Shown: piece by piece, positions 1-13,218 of the stretch
Layout: each line of letters opens with the position of its first letter
How positions within the stretch are numbered: position 1 is the stretch's first letter
NCBI GenBank assembly: GCA_964016885.1
Contig: OZ024740.1
Span: forward strand, 282,224,001 to 282,288,000
Source: Eledone cirrhosa
Taxonomy: Eukaryota
Length of the DNA stretch: 64,000 bases
Direction: 5' to 3'
The notes under the pieces: generated by a model
Seen by the model: only the letters and a program-made list of their open reading frames with translations
Told to the model about the DNA's origin: nothing
Databases searched by the model: none
Position numbers and translations under genes: made by a program

Positions 1-720
1 CGTACTGACGAAATGGTATAGTGCCTTTCTTGTAGCTAGCACGATAGCTGCAATGTTACTCTTAATCACCTCTTCTCGTTTAGCTGTTAACTCCCCCTCT
101 GCTCTATATTTTTGTTATTGCAACTTCTTTACTAAAAGTTATTTATCCTATTCTAATCGCTCTCTTGAGAGTGCACCGCCACCTGTTATTGGCAGTTGCT
201 CCTGTCAACTGTCGATTAACTTATGTATTAATCAGGTTTCTGTAGACTTTAAGTGCCGGGACCGATGCATTAATCTTTCAGTAACCGCGTACTTGTCCAA
301 GTGTTCTATCTACGTCGACCATGCAGATCACAAATTTGTGGTCTGAATAGGCAACGCTTTGTTGTTGTGGACATCCTACGCTATCCATATCCATTGACCT
401 AATGAAAAATCTATCTAAATATGATCTACATGACTTTATGTGATTGGTCCAGGTACACATTGGTGCATTCGAGAAATGTTGCTGTTTTTGCTGTTGTTAT
501 GGATTTTGGCCTCCTGGTGTTGACAGCAATGAGACTGTGGTTCCCTCTCTTGTGCTGAGTACAGAAAGTTCTCAAGTGGCCACTCTCCACACATATCGCA
601 ACGAGGCCCTCTGTCTTCAACCATATCAAGCAATTCATCTCCTTTCGGAAGGCGAACGCGGACTGGATTTTGTGCATGGTATCTGGTTTGACATGGAGTA
701 GCACATTCATACTGATCCCA
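1..720 (-). mobile_element. Degenerate Tx1/L1-clade non-LTR retrotransposon relic (ORF1 zinc knuckle + end of APE endonuclease)
   Basis: Minus-strand translation gives PRCDMCGE/SGHLRTFC (CX2CX4HX4C knuckle across a frameshift, ~560-606), then CTWTN..SYLDRFFI..YSDHKFV..GY*KINAS, matching the APE C-terminal SDH and GYWKLN motifs of L1/Tx1 ORF2. Confidence 0.65.
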
Positions 721-1529
721 GACCAGTTTTATGATCGGGCTGGTTTCACACCAAGGAGGGTGTTGCTTCTTGCATTATAGTTGTTGTTATTGCTTTGTAT
801 TCACATTGTTGTTGTTATTGTTGTTGTTATCGTTCATGTTGCTGTTTGTCATTTGTGTAGTTTTTGTCTGTGCTATTGTTTTTTTTTGTTGTTTGATGCT
901 GATGGCGTTGGTATAGTTTGTTGTTCCTGCAATGGTTTCGGTTGTGTCAAAGTTTCAATTTTGGGAATATTTTATCTTAGTCTTTGCTTATTTCTCACGC
1001 GCTGTTGTTGTTGGCGATGGTGGCCTTGTTGGTGATGTCCGTAGTGGTGTTAGTGACACTGCAGGTGGTGGTGAAGTTGGTTTTATTCACTTTTGTTTTG
1101 TGGCTGCTATCGAGAAAATGTAGCATGCTTTTTTTCGAGCAGCCTTTCGTTTTCGCTATTCTGCCCTGTAGGAGAGGATATTTGCTTCAGTTTTTAAAAT
1201 AATATTTAGTGCATAATTTGTAAAACTAATTGCCAAATTTAGGTCTAAGGCCCAAATATTAAGGATTCAACTTTTCTGAAAGCAATGTATGATGTCATAT
1301 TTATATCTTAAAATGAAAACTTTAACAAGGAACTTTATGCAAACAAGCAAAAGCCAACAAGATTTACGGAGCAAAAGTATGCGTGACGACTATATGAGAA
1401 ACCAATAACAATAATACCAAACATAATGATTTCTTTTATTGGTCAAACAATCATAAAACCTTTGGGACAGTATAAAGTGAAAGACATAGGGAGAAGACGA
1501 ATGGGATAATGGTGTGTGACATTGAGTAA

Positions 1530-2860
1530 AGTTGGTGGTCCAATCATAGTCTTCATTGATGGGCGTATATATTTGTCACTGAGTTGATGTTGCTGCCCAT
1601 TGTATTAATATAGCTTCCGAAGACGAGGCCGACACCAACTGCTCTTTGAACTGGTAGTAATGGCTCACCTTGCTATATTCTTTAAACATTTAAATTGAGT
1701 CGGGTCTCATGAAAGCCAGATCAAGTACCGACCTTTTGAATGATGTATCATATGAGGCGGAGGCTATCGCATCAATCACTTGGCGAGCAACTTTTCGAAA
1801 ATTTTTAATTCCATGCTGTGCAAATTTACAGGCCTGAAGTTCTAAATTATGTTCTATTAATTTAAATCCATCGACCTGGATTTAAATTAATAAAACAATT
1901 TAAATTAATAAAAGACAATTTAATTGAGGGCGGTGGATTAGCAGTATCGGTGGAGGGTCGGACGCCATGCTTTTCAGTATAGAGTTACGGCCCTTTGTCT
2001 TTCATCCTTACGGGGTCGATAAAATAAAGTACCAGTCACGCACTGAGGTCGATTTAATCGACTTTCCCCTCCCCCCCCCAAACTACTGGCCTTGTGACTA
2101 TACTAGAAATCATTAATTTAAATCCGTTCCATACAGCGTCACAACTGGTTAGTTCTCCCGACGTGGAATCTCACCTCCCTGTTTTCAGTTGCAATTGACA
2201 GCTGCCAAGACAGTAGCAAACAAGTCTATATTGTAATGGCAAATTTTGTAGAGAAGACCATCTATTCCTGGCGACTTGTCAGTAGCACAGGCATCCAGCA
2301 CGATTGCCATTTTATTGCCTTTACATGGCACTCTTATTTTCTTTGTCAGCAGTTCCGACACACAGTCTAGGTAGGCGTCGAAGTTCCCCGCACCCTGCCT
2401 CCTGCTTCTATCGAAAAGCTCGGCAAGGTGCTACACATTTGCTTCGAATGAGATAGCACTTGTCTGCTAAACATGAAAGTATAACTTTTTTCCACGCTGG
2501 GTTCCTTTATCCGCATCTATCTAATGGTATTCGCCCCCTTGCTTTTCAGAGTATGACCCATAGCACGAACAGTGTACCACTTGTAAGCGATGCTTTTACT
2601 AATTATACCTAAACGATTGATTGGCCCCTTCACTGATTTATTCATGTTGCTACCGTTTTGTTGAAGTAATCAAATTCTATTTTAATTTTCGTTTGTGAGA
2701 TTCATTTCCTGTTATTTCAACCGTCAATTATCCCTTAAATAACTCGATAGTTCAGTCCCTGATATCTTTCCTTGCCGTGAAATATGCATTCAGTGTCCAG
2801 TACCCCAGTTTCTATTTTTAGCTTTGTCTGTGTTTGTGTACACCCCAAATTTCTAGTCCT
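1530..2860 (-). mobile_element. Second degenerate Tx1/L1-clade relic (EN-RT linker and RT N-terminus), interrupted by a SINE
   Basis: Minus strand: GYWTLNA (~2785-2805), KSPGIDGLLY (~2250-2278) and DSLRLI*YIIQKVG..RAVGVGLVFGSYINTM (1600-1770). Many stops and frameshifts. Confidence 0.6.
1926..2112 (+). mobile_element. tRNA-derived SINE family A, internally deleted copy
   Basis: A-box-like head GGATTAGCAGTATCGG, central CTTTCATCCTTACGGGGTCGATAAAATAAAGTACCAG (Meta-domain-like). ATTAATTTAAATCC is duplicated at ~1857 and ~2112. Confidence 0.85.
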
Positions 2861-3934
2861 TGTACTTAACTACCTGAAAGTGTGAGTAAAGTAAAATAAT
2901 CTTGACGGTTAACTTAAAGTTACCTAAGCAAATTGGCAAGATTTTTACACATATCATATTTTGGCCACTTTCATACAATTCTTGTGTATAACTAACATGC
3001 CGTTCCCTTTATCTGCTGACATTAATTAGTGAGATGTAACTCGGCAGGTCTCTACGCATCTGAAAAATCTATCGCCCTCTTGCATGCCATGTTGGGGCAT
3101 AGACTGCTACCAGTCTGTAAGCACTACCATGCCTACTGATACACACATCCAGAACCACTGACGCCTCGCCGAGTAGAGGAAGTTTAGGCTTATCTTTTGT
3201 AACTACAGTACTCTACCAATTAATCTGTCCGACCTAAAGTGGTGTAAACCTCAGTTTGACCAGAAAGAGAGCAAGTTTCAAATATTATGGTTACGATTAT
3301 AGCTACAATATCTAGCTTTAGTGATATGAGATCGTCAAGCAGGAGGCCATTTTTCCATGACGAACGTAGAACAGGTGCATTTATTTATATAACCTATTTG
3401 TAACTGCGACAGGTTGGCTAGCAAAACGTGGCCACTTACCTTGTTTTAAGTATTATTAATCCGTGGCTGTTTGTCCTGGGTGTACCCGAAATTTACCTGA
3501 AACATCTTTGACTTGTTGTGTTTATCTAAAATCTCCTATGAAACATGGGAAATTGTTAACGATGCCAGTTCTGATACAGAAAGTCGGTTTCGACAATAAG
3601 AGCTCCAGTTGTTTGATCTAAAGATCAGCCTGCTCGCGGAAATTAAAGTGTATGCGGCCGATATTCCTCAGAGAGACGCATTGTTACTGCAACCCTTAGG
3701 AAGATTCAGCATGAGAGAACCTATGCTTGACAAGACTGACCTCTTGAACGAGTTTCAAAACAATTTAAGGTTACTTAATTTCAATAATATGGCTTAGGTT
3801 GACCTAAGACTCTGATAAATAATATTTGATTAAGATGCCACGCAGTAGGATTGGTCCCGGTATTAAGAGAATGTCTAAATCATTCGGTCTACATCATTAA
3901 AAAGATAAACACTAACGTACTTATTTATTTTCGT

Positions 3935-4045
3935 GCTCGAGCCGAGGTTATATTAAACGACACTTGTCTAAGTTGCAAAATAGTGGGTTCGAACCAGGAA
4001 CCTAATGATTTTAAAGTAAACTTCTCAACCACGGCAATGATGTGT
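3935..4045 (-). mobile_element. Old tRNA/CORE-type SINE fragment
   Basis: Minus strand GCCGTGGTTGAGAAG...GGTTCGAACCC (B box)...CTTAGACAAGTGTC (CORE-like). Confidence 0.5.
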
Positions 4046-4847
4046 CTGCATTCATTGCAGAGGTTAACAATAATGCGCCTCTTCTTTTTCGTGCAAGCGC
4101 TGTCCGGGAATTATTTCTTTTTTGTATAATTTTACTTATCTGAAACAAAATGTATTCTATCTTGTACATTTTGGTAATCCATTAGTAATAATTACTTGGA
4201 CAAGTATGTTCAAGTGTATGCTTCGCTAATGATGACAATATGACAAAATTTATCTGAAGTTATCTCCGGTGATTGCCAGAAAAAAAAATGAAAATGGTAT
4301 TAGTCATTGGCCAATACCCACCAAAATAGAGTTAACTATAACAGCAATATTTAAATTGCATTGTATAAATAACTTGCATGCAAAATATATTACCTATTCC
4401 GTTTATTAATAGATACATTAATTAATATATAATTAAAAAAAAATCTCTTAAATATTTGATTGGTTTTCCTCAGCAGCTCAGAACGATTTTCGTTTTACCA
4501 GTGAGTGCTGAGTTCAATATGAGATATAATGGTGGATCTAAGTCATCAAGTTCAGTTCGTCAATTTTCAAAACACGAATGAAACATTGAAATTATCAGAT
4601 ATTATCCTAATCAATGAAACGTGACCTAATAGTATTGCAAATTTGCTTCGCAGGTAACGCTGCAATATCACTAACACAATTAATGTATCCCACAAAAATG
4701 AGATCAAATTAAATTTCTTCGTTTGGATTCAACTATTCCTAACAAATATAAATTCAAAAATCTATCTACATGCAGGGAAAATTTTAAAATGTCAACAAAT
4801 ATTTAATATATTTATATAAATATATACATTTGCAAATTTCTACATAC

Positions 4848-4996
4848 CTGATCATGTCTCAATCCAATATTTAGATTTTTGACGAAATATTTAACAAAAT
4901 TCAATTGTTTCTGAAAGTCCGGTTGCGATATGCTGGTTGAAGAATCTAATATGAACACAAGATCCGTTACTTTATCGCATCGAGTTCCATACTTAC
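4848..4996 (-). CDS. Host-gene exon encoding the N-terminal part of a von Willebrand factor type A (VWA) domain (matrilin/collagen VI-like extracellular protein)
   Basis: Acceptor ttttttttaatttttAG and donor CAG/GTATGT flank 149 nt (phase 1 to phase 0) reading (G)KYGTRCDKVTDLVFILDSSTSISQPDFQKQLNFVKYFVKNLNIGLRHDQ. This is the classic VWA beta-A strand with MIDAS DxSxS and helix 1. Confidence 0.9.
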
Positions 4997-5032
4997 CTAA
5001 AAATTAAAAAAAACATGAATTGCATCGTAAGA

Positions 5033-5082
<50 letters not shown>

Positions 5083-5086
5083 ATAT

Positions 5087-5208
5087 AATTTTAGCCTGAT
5101 AATGGGGTTTAGAACCCTCAGATAAATGGGAAAAGATGAGTATTGACGTCAATACTCACATTTTTCCATTTATCTGAGGGCTCTAAACCCCATTATCAGG
5201 CTAAAATT
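5087..5208. repeat. 122-bp near-perfect palindrome between (TA)n tracts
   Basis: AATTTTAGCCTGATAATGGGG...TATTGAC|GTCAATA...CCCCATTATCAGGCTAAAATT, centre 5147/5148, no spacer. Confidence 0.9.
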
Positions 5209-5235
5209 CCTTTAGTTAAAAATACGGTGAAAGCT

Positions 5236-5715
<480 letters not shown>

Positions 5716-5822
5716 ATGATATTAATAAATGATATTATACTCCAGAAAACTTATCGAGTGCTTCGAATCAGTTATAAATATATATATTTGTTGAATTACC
5801 AACAAATTAAATATATATACAC

Positions 5823-5878
<56 letters not shown>

Positions 5879-5977
5879 GTATATATATAAAAAAGTTTAT
5901 CCCGGGTTCAATCGGGGGTAGCCACAGTAAGTAAGGTACTCATTACATAGCAGAGTAGAAATATTTAATATAGAAAT

Positions 5978-6029
5978 GGCTTCTACAGGCCTAGAACTGT
6001 TTCTTTCGGAGGCAACCGTCAGGAAAGCC
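5978..6029 (-). ncRNA. Type I hammerhead ribozyme fold (degenerate core) in a short TA-flanked element with partial fold-back
   Basis: Reverse complement of the intact fold at 60881-60932, immediately followed by an inverted partial copy CTGATGA...GAAACAG (6031-6062). Confidence 0.6.
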
Positions 6030-6072
6030 CCTGATGATTTCGTCCGAATGAAACAGTTCTAGTATATATTAA

Positions 6073-6119
<47 letters not shown>

Positions 6120-6178
6120 TGTCTGTAATAACCATAATGATAATAATTGTTTCTACTTTTGAATAAGCCAAGGTGTCA

Positions 6179-6447
6179 AATTTTCATTAACTTTAGTCAA
6201 GTGTGAGGCGCGTTTCGCGACTGATCAGCTCAAGGTTCGATCTCTATCGATTGGGCTCATCACGAAGTGATTCCCGTACAGCGCTAGAAATATTTTTTAA
6301 TGCTGTACGGCAATCACTCCGTCATTAAGCTAATTGAAGTCTGATGAGCTTTTGATTCCAGTGTCGGGCCCAATCGATAGAGATCGAACCTTGAGCTGAT
6401 CAATCGCGAAACGTGCGTCACACCTGAATAAACTTAATGAAAATTTT
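6179..6447. mobile_element. Fold-back element with hammerhead-like core (CTGATGA GC...GC GAAA CGTGCG TC)
   Basis: Arms ~6179-6258 and ~6368-6447, inner hairpin ~6263-6321. AATAAA follows the cleavage triplet, as in Penelope pLTRs. Confidence 0.65.
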
Positions 6448-7191
6448 ACACTTCATCCATACTTATTATACGCTGTTTAGTACAACCCCAAAGTACATAC
6501 TGGAGACTATTCACCGAGTGCTCACTTTGGTGAGCCAACAGTAATTTGACGCTACAATCCCTAAATATATATAACATATATTTATAATAATTATAAGTGT
6601 GAAAAGTAAATAGACAAAAATATACCAAATAATTTTTTCAGAGTCCCGACTGTACAGTTTCACTGACTGGTATGCAGCCAGAGTGCAACTAAAGTGCACT
6701 GGGACCGTGAGTTTATCGGATTGTTAAGAGACCCTTCAATGAAAGGACAAATTCCTGAACTGACCGCTACCAGTGACAAATTTTCAGGGGGAGGAGGGGG
6801 GGATTATTATCACGTGGTATAACGGTCACAGAAGGGGTTTAATGGATGGATGGTTGAATTATATATAGAATCGTCATGACTTGCACATCTTTACTTATAG
6901 GTCTATATTATCATATAACATATTTTATAGGAAACGGCGAATTCTTCGAAAAGAAATCCAATGTTTGCGGGAAGAATTGGTAGTGTGATGTCCATGTTTC
7001 ATAAGTCTTTCCAGGAGTTGACATATTTTTCCCGGTAATCAAGAGATTTTATATGAAATATTAATTTGTTATGAAATGATAGTGAATGGTGGGGATCTAA
7101 CTTTTCACTGGGGTAACTGGTTGGTGAAAATACGTTTGCAGCATGTTATATCTTAGAAGTACCTTACAGAAACTAAATTGTAATAACTTAC

Positions 7192-7222
7192 CGCTTACAG
7201 GTCCTAATTGTGCTGTGAGTAC
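7192..7222 (-). CDS. 31-nt micro-exon of the same VWA gene
   Basis: Acceptor atgttttatttCAG and donor GCG/GTAAGT. Reads VLTAQLGPVS+G, ending in phase 1, which matches the phase-1 start of exon 4848-4996 (G+GT = Gly). Confidence 0.65.
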
Positions 7223-7459
7223 CTGAAATAAAACATAAACATAGCATAAATATATGTTCAATAAATATAAATGTTTGAAAACTCGTCAAAGTTAAATATC
7301 ATGTTTTATCTCATCACCCACAAATATTCTAAGGTTACAATGTCATCTCAAAGGTATTTACAATTATCGCATTATGGCGATGTCATAGGATTGTACATAC
7401 GATTTCTCTCCGTAGCATACTCCATCGTTCAATTAAATAAGATGTTACAATAAGGAGCA

Positions 7460-7661
7460 GGTTATAAAAAATATATTGCAGTCTCCTTCTCATACGGTAA
7501 AAGCCTGCAACCTATCACAGAAAGCGTGGGAAGGATGCACAAAAATTGCGTATCCCGAGACATCAGGAGTGTTTGAGGACTCTGGCCCTAGGATCCTCCC
7601 AAGAAGAAGAAGAAGAAGAAGAAGAAGAAGAAGAAGAAGAAGAAGAAGAAGAAGAAGAAGA
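7460..7661 (+). mobile_element. RTE-like LINE 3' end with (GAA)n tail
   Basis: GGAGTGTTTGAGG...(GAA)n resembles the 3' end of the RTE fragment at 41110-41600. Confidence 0.45.
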
Positions 7662-9293
7662 ATGTACGTTATCATCCTTCTGAAGCCCTCCCTCCTGGCC
7701 CAGAAGCACCATGAGCCCAGTGGAAGACACTGAACCGCCTGAGAACAGGAATGGGGTGATCAAAAGCTGCTATGGCCAGATGGGGCTACAAGACCGGCCC
7801 AACCATGTGCAAATGCGGAGAGGAGGACCATACGATGCAGCACTGCCTTGTTTGCCCTCTACTAGCCAACCAGTGCAGCTTAAAAGATCTCGCAGAATTT
7901 AATAATAATGCAAAGGACTATGTAAAGAAATGAGAAACTGTCATATAACCACATGCTTCGAAGATACGAAAAGAAGAATAAGATCATCTTTTAAGTTAGT
8001 ATATAGTGTGAAGAAATAGCAAAGACGATTACTTGATTTGGGGATAATTCAAGAACGTTTGTGACTTAGAAACCGGGAACAATTAAGGAATCAATTCATT
8101 GATCGTTTAAAAGAACAATTTTTAACATAAATGGATTACCGGTATCAACAACAATACCATAGAGTGTATTGTGTGTAAGGTTTGACTACTGTAAGATTTG
8201 ACTACTGTAAGGTTTGACTACTACTGTATTTATAACTCTATTGCGACACACTGTTTTTCTATTTTATGGTAGTTGTCTCTATGTCTATACTCACCAGACG
8301 ACTCTCTCGGCTGAACTATAGTAATAAATAATTCCTGTTACCCAAAGACTTTCTTATACATTTCTCTAAGCAGATTTATTATATTTACCACTTTTCGAAT
8401 TCGTTTAAACATCAGCAAATGTTCAACGACCTTTCACCTGGGATTTAGAACATCTAGAATAATATTCACTAAGATCACTTCACATAACTCCCTTTGCATA
8501 TCATCGCAAAAGACAATGAATCGCTCAGCATTTGAACTGTTTATTTCCGTGGGTATTTTTGTCTATCTACTGCAAGCTCAAATATTCTTATTTTGCTCCC
8601 GATCTCTCACATACATAATATACATCCAAAATTGAATCTTAAGCATTAGATTTCTTCTTGAGACTCATAACATGGTTCCTCCTGTGCAAAATATCCCAGA
8701 TTCTATACAAAAGAACGCTATTCGGCTGAATGCCAAGAGCTTGATCATTAATACCACTGTGTCATGTACATCATGTTTCTTTTCTGTCCCTCTTTTGCCA
8801 CATTTATAGCGGTCTCTACTATTCTGAACTAGCAAGCTACGTACGATCCCCACACGTCTTCTCATCAACTTGTCCACTCTATGATTCCCCAGCATACCTC
8901 ATACTACATATATTCATCATCACACTTTTCTTAAAGCATTAAAGTTGAGAATTCTTTCCTTGAGCAATTTTCATGTACAAATGATAACAAAAAGAAAAAA
9001 TACAGCTAACATCCATCACAAGTTTTGAGGAGTCTACTTTGGTTACGAACATTGCTCTGATATATAAACATGAGAAAAAGCAACAAATAACCCTTTATAA
9101 CTTTTAAGTAACTTTATATTGAAATTATCGGTTCCATGACATCTAACGAGAGGTAAATCAACTACTAGTGTTATGTGAATACAAATAAGAAGTTACATTT
9201 CAGACATAACATGACTTACTAGTTCTCTGATTTGAATATCATTCAGAATCTCGTATATTTCAAATTTAATAGTAATTTGGAAATCTCGTGCAT

Positions 9294-9366
<73 letters not shown>

Positions 9367-9769
9367 ACACACGCACACACACACCACACCACACACGCAC
9401 ACGCACACGCACACACATATGTATATATGTAAATTGTGACCTGATCTTCAGGCGTTTATATGAGTTTATAAGATACCGTTAAAAGTAATGCGTACTAAAG
9501 ACACTGGTTTACGAAAACGTATTATAACAAAGGAAAATAACAAAAAAGATGTACATTTGAAATAGCCAAATCATACATGTGTTAGTATTCGTGGTCTATA
9601 GCAGATATATAGTATTATGTGGTGGTATGTAATATAGAGATGGTAACATTTATAAAGGTATGGAGTAAAAAAGTATAGAAGGTGTACTGCATTATGTGAG
9701 TATGGGAAAAGAATGATATTACGAAAGTATATAAACCAAATTAGATTAATTGAAAATCAGTTGAATTTG

Positions 9770-9965
9770 TTGAGTATTTCCACTAAAAATGTCGCTCTTT
9801 GAGCTCAAATAACTATTCTAATTTTCTAAATAAGACAAATATGTCATCTCTTGTTGGCATTGGTGTAAGGACTGTATCTTCCAAGTAACCTTATGTGGGA
9901 CAACTTTGATCCCTTTGATATTCTGGAGATATTGTAGCGCTTTTGTTCCATGTATGAACAGGAAT
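9770..9965 (-). mobile_element. Degenerate Penelope-like GIY-YIG C-terminal remnant
   Basis: Minus strand RYSPYTNANKR*HICL resembles the PY.N.SKRC.LCL motif found at the end of many PLE ORFs. Confidence 0.35.
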
Positions 9966-9972
9966 GAATAAT

Positions 9973-10041
<69 letters not shown>

Positions 10042-10347
10042 ATATATTGGAAAATGTGCGAAATCCTTGGTACAGTTATGTATATTTGAAAAGAGGAAAA
10101 GAATGACTTCACTTGAAGTTCTAAACAATTTGATTTAATTTTATAATATAAGATTATGAGTTGGTAGATCTAGTAAGTTCTTTGTTAACTTCGGATTCCT
10201 GGTTAACTTTCCTGACGAATTTTCTCACATTCGTCGGTGGCGATTGTCAAACTGAGATCGGTTTGTGTTGTGATGTGTGGCTCTATATATATGAGAGATT
10301 TGGTTGTGTCTGGGAGGTGGGGGTGTTAATGAGTGTGGGAGTGAAGG

Positions 10348-10888
10348 AAATAAAAATACAAACGAAAGATACAGAGCTCCAGAGTCTTCAGACATTGAGA
10401 TGAACAAGGAGTGATGATGAAGATTTAAAGGAATTAAAGCATACACATATACACACGTACATATATATACTCATATACACATATATACATATATACAAAA
10501 TATACACAGGAAATGGTGAATCGTGACGGCAAGATAATTGAACCGGAGTGCTGTTGGGTTTAAAGAGTGTTTAAGAAACGAATTTGAAAAACATCCTGCC
10601 ATTATATTCCTCAAAGGTCATTTATTGAAATGGAACCAGCAGGAGGGCACTTTCACAGTCCCTTTCTTAAACACCTTTTAAAAAAACCCAACAGCACTCC
10701 GGTTCAATTATCTTGCTGTCACCATTCACCATTTTCTGTGTATATATGTATATATGTGTATATGTGTATATATATGTACGTGTGTATATGTGTATGCTTT
10801 AATTCCTTTAAATCTTCATCATCACTCCTTGTTCATCTCAATGTCTGATGACTCTGGAGTTCTGTATCTTTCGATTGTATTTTTATTT
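10348..10888. repeat. Long inverted repeat (~250-bp arms, ~40-bp spacer)
   Basis: 10348-10600 is the reverse complement of 10639-10888 with scattered mismatches. Confidence 0.9.
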
Positions 10889-11013
10889 AAAAAAAAAAAA
10901 TGATTTTTCAACATTTGCCTTTCAAAACATTGTTTTTCGTTTTTCCTTGTTTTCGTTCGTTCTCTTGCCTTCTCTTTATTAATTTTCCTAAGATTATTAT
11001 TACTAATCTGTGA

Positions 11014-11194
11014 AGGGCAGTGGATTGGCAGTAACGGTAGAGAGTCGGACACCATGCTTTGCAGCATAGAGGTACGTTCCTTTACGGTCTGAGTTCCACT
11101 CCCGCCGGGGTTAACTTACTGGGTCGATGAAATAAAGTACCAGTAACACACTGGGGACGATTTAATCGACTTTCCCCTCCCCTTAGTAGAAGCA
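11014..11194 (+). mobile_element. SINE family A
   Basis: Family consensus; 18-bp TSD ATTATTACTAATCTGTGA at 10996-11013 and 11195-11212. Confidence 0.9.
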
Positions 11195-12157
11195 ATTATT
11201 ACTAATCTGTGACGTACGTGTTTTCTCTTCTCCAATAATCTCAATGATTTACATTTAACACGATATTTTACTTTCTTCTTGCTTTATATCCTTCATTTTT
11301 TTCTTTTACTTTCTGTTTTTATTTTCATTTTGTTTCATTAGACTCTCCTGCTATAACAATTACAGTACCTTCGCCCTGATGTCACATAACATTCTATGTT
11401 TATATGTTACAGTTTATTTGTTATGAATTATTGTGACTGACGCTATGCTACTATTTCCCCTTCCAAAGTAAGCCGCTTCTGTTTAACACGCTTGACCCAG
11501 TGAACTTGCTACAGTTAGAAGAACATCTGAAACGCTTCTCTTGGAATGGCACTCATCTCTGCCGTCACGGGCCAAATAATACCCTCAGGGCCTTCAACTG
11601 AGGAGCAGCTTCCTGAGAGTAGGAAATCTGGTGAATGAGCAATATGTCTTTTTTTGCCAAAAAAAAGTTTGGATGATCTGCGATGAATGAATCAAGGATG
11701 CAGTTACCACCACAAAAACACCAGAGGAAATCCTGATAGTACTCATTTGTAGCTTTTTTTTCTTTTGGGTGTGTATTCCAGATGCATATTGTCTTTGTAG
11801 TCGGAGAAAACAGTCAACATGACAGATTTTGCTGTACACTTAGCGTGTATTTTAGGGCATTGATGAGGTTCGATGCTTTCACTGGGATTTGTGCACTTTC
11901 GCGACCGGGTCTTACCTCTACTCCCATGTTTCATTCCCAGTTATCACAGTATTCAGTAACTCAAGATTCTTGTTTGCAGTGTCGGGCGATTTAAAAATGC
12001 AACGAGTAACTCGTAAATCACCCCCCACGCTGGCTAATGAATGACGCATCCACCGAGATCGCAAAATAATATGCGTGCACGTGAAGGAATGCAGCCCAAT
12101 TTTACCTCCCTGAAGTCATTACTTCCCACATGAAAAATAAAGTTGGATATACACATG

Positions 12158-12497
<340 letters not shown>

Positions 12498-12605
12498 CAG
12501 CGTTGGAGACGGAGGACATGGCAGCGATAATGAGGGACAGAGACCGCTGGAGAGAACTCGTCCATGGATCTCGGGAATTTTACCCGTCTTATATATATAT
12601 ATATA

Positions 12606-13185
12606 TTAGACCACTAGTGACCCGTTCGGACACTTTCACTTAAAAATATTAAAAAAAAATCAAATTCACTTAAGAATAATATCTAATTAAAATATACACA
12701 GACATGTATATAATGTTAAATAAAAGATGTATACGTGTGTGTATGTATGTATGTATATATATATATATAAATGTGTGTGTAAACGTGTGTGTGTATATAT
12801 ATATGACTGGGTTCTTGTGATCTATATACACTAGTCATATACATATATACACATACATACACACATATATATACACAACACCATCAGCTCTCTCTTCCAT
12901 TCTTCTCTGTCTCCTCTCACTCTCTCTATGTCTCTCTTTCAATCTACTCTCTCACAGCCATTACATATTTCTCTCTATCTCCCCCCCCCTCTCTCTCAGT
13001 TTATGAATGTACCTGGAAAAATCTCATATCTCGGGACGCCATGCTCCGATTTATGCGAATCTTGGTTTATTCCATTTGTATTCCGATTTTAGGGTCAACT
13101 TCCTATCAAAGTACTTTCCCATTATGCACCCTTTTAGTTGTATTACATTACAGACAAGCAAGCAAGTAATTCTAGACTTTTAGTA

Positions 13186-13190
<5 letters not shown>
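12606..13190 (-). mobile_element. Non-autonomous Helitron-like element (same family as 38136-39792)
   Basis: Reverse complement matches 38150-38460 and 39750-39792; subterminal hairpin and CTAA (CTAG-like) end. Confidence 0.6.

Positions 13191-13218
<28 letters not shown>

Noticed and set aside
3440-3496. Possible next VWA exon (minus, CAG..AAG/GTAAGT)
   Set aside because: Weak polypyrimidine tract, in-frame stop in the required phase and no VWA-like peptide; the true next exon is probably outside the window.
8300-8900. Possible old LINE RT remnant or exon
   Set aside because: Only faint RT-like echoes with many stops; too degenerate to support a call.
10845-10875. CTGATGA in the 10348-10888 fold-back as a hammerhead
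   Set aside because: No downstream GAAA, stem III or cleavage triplet.
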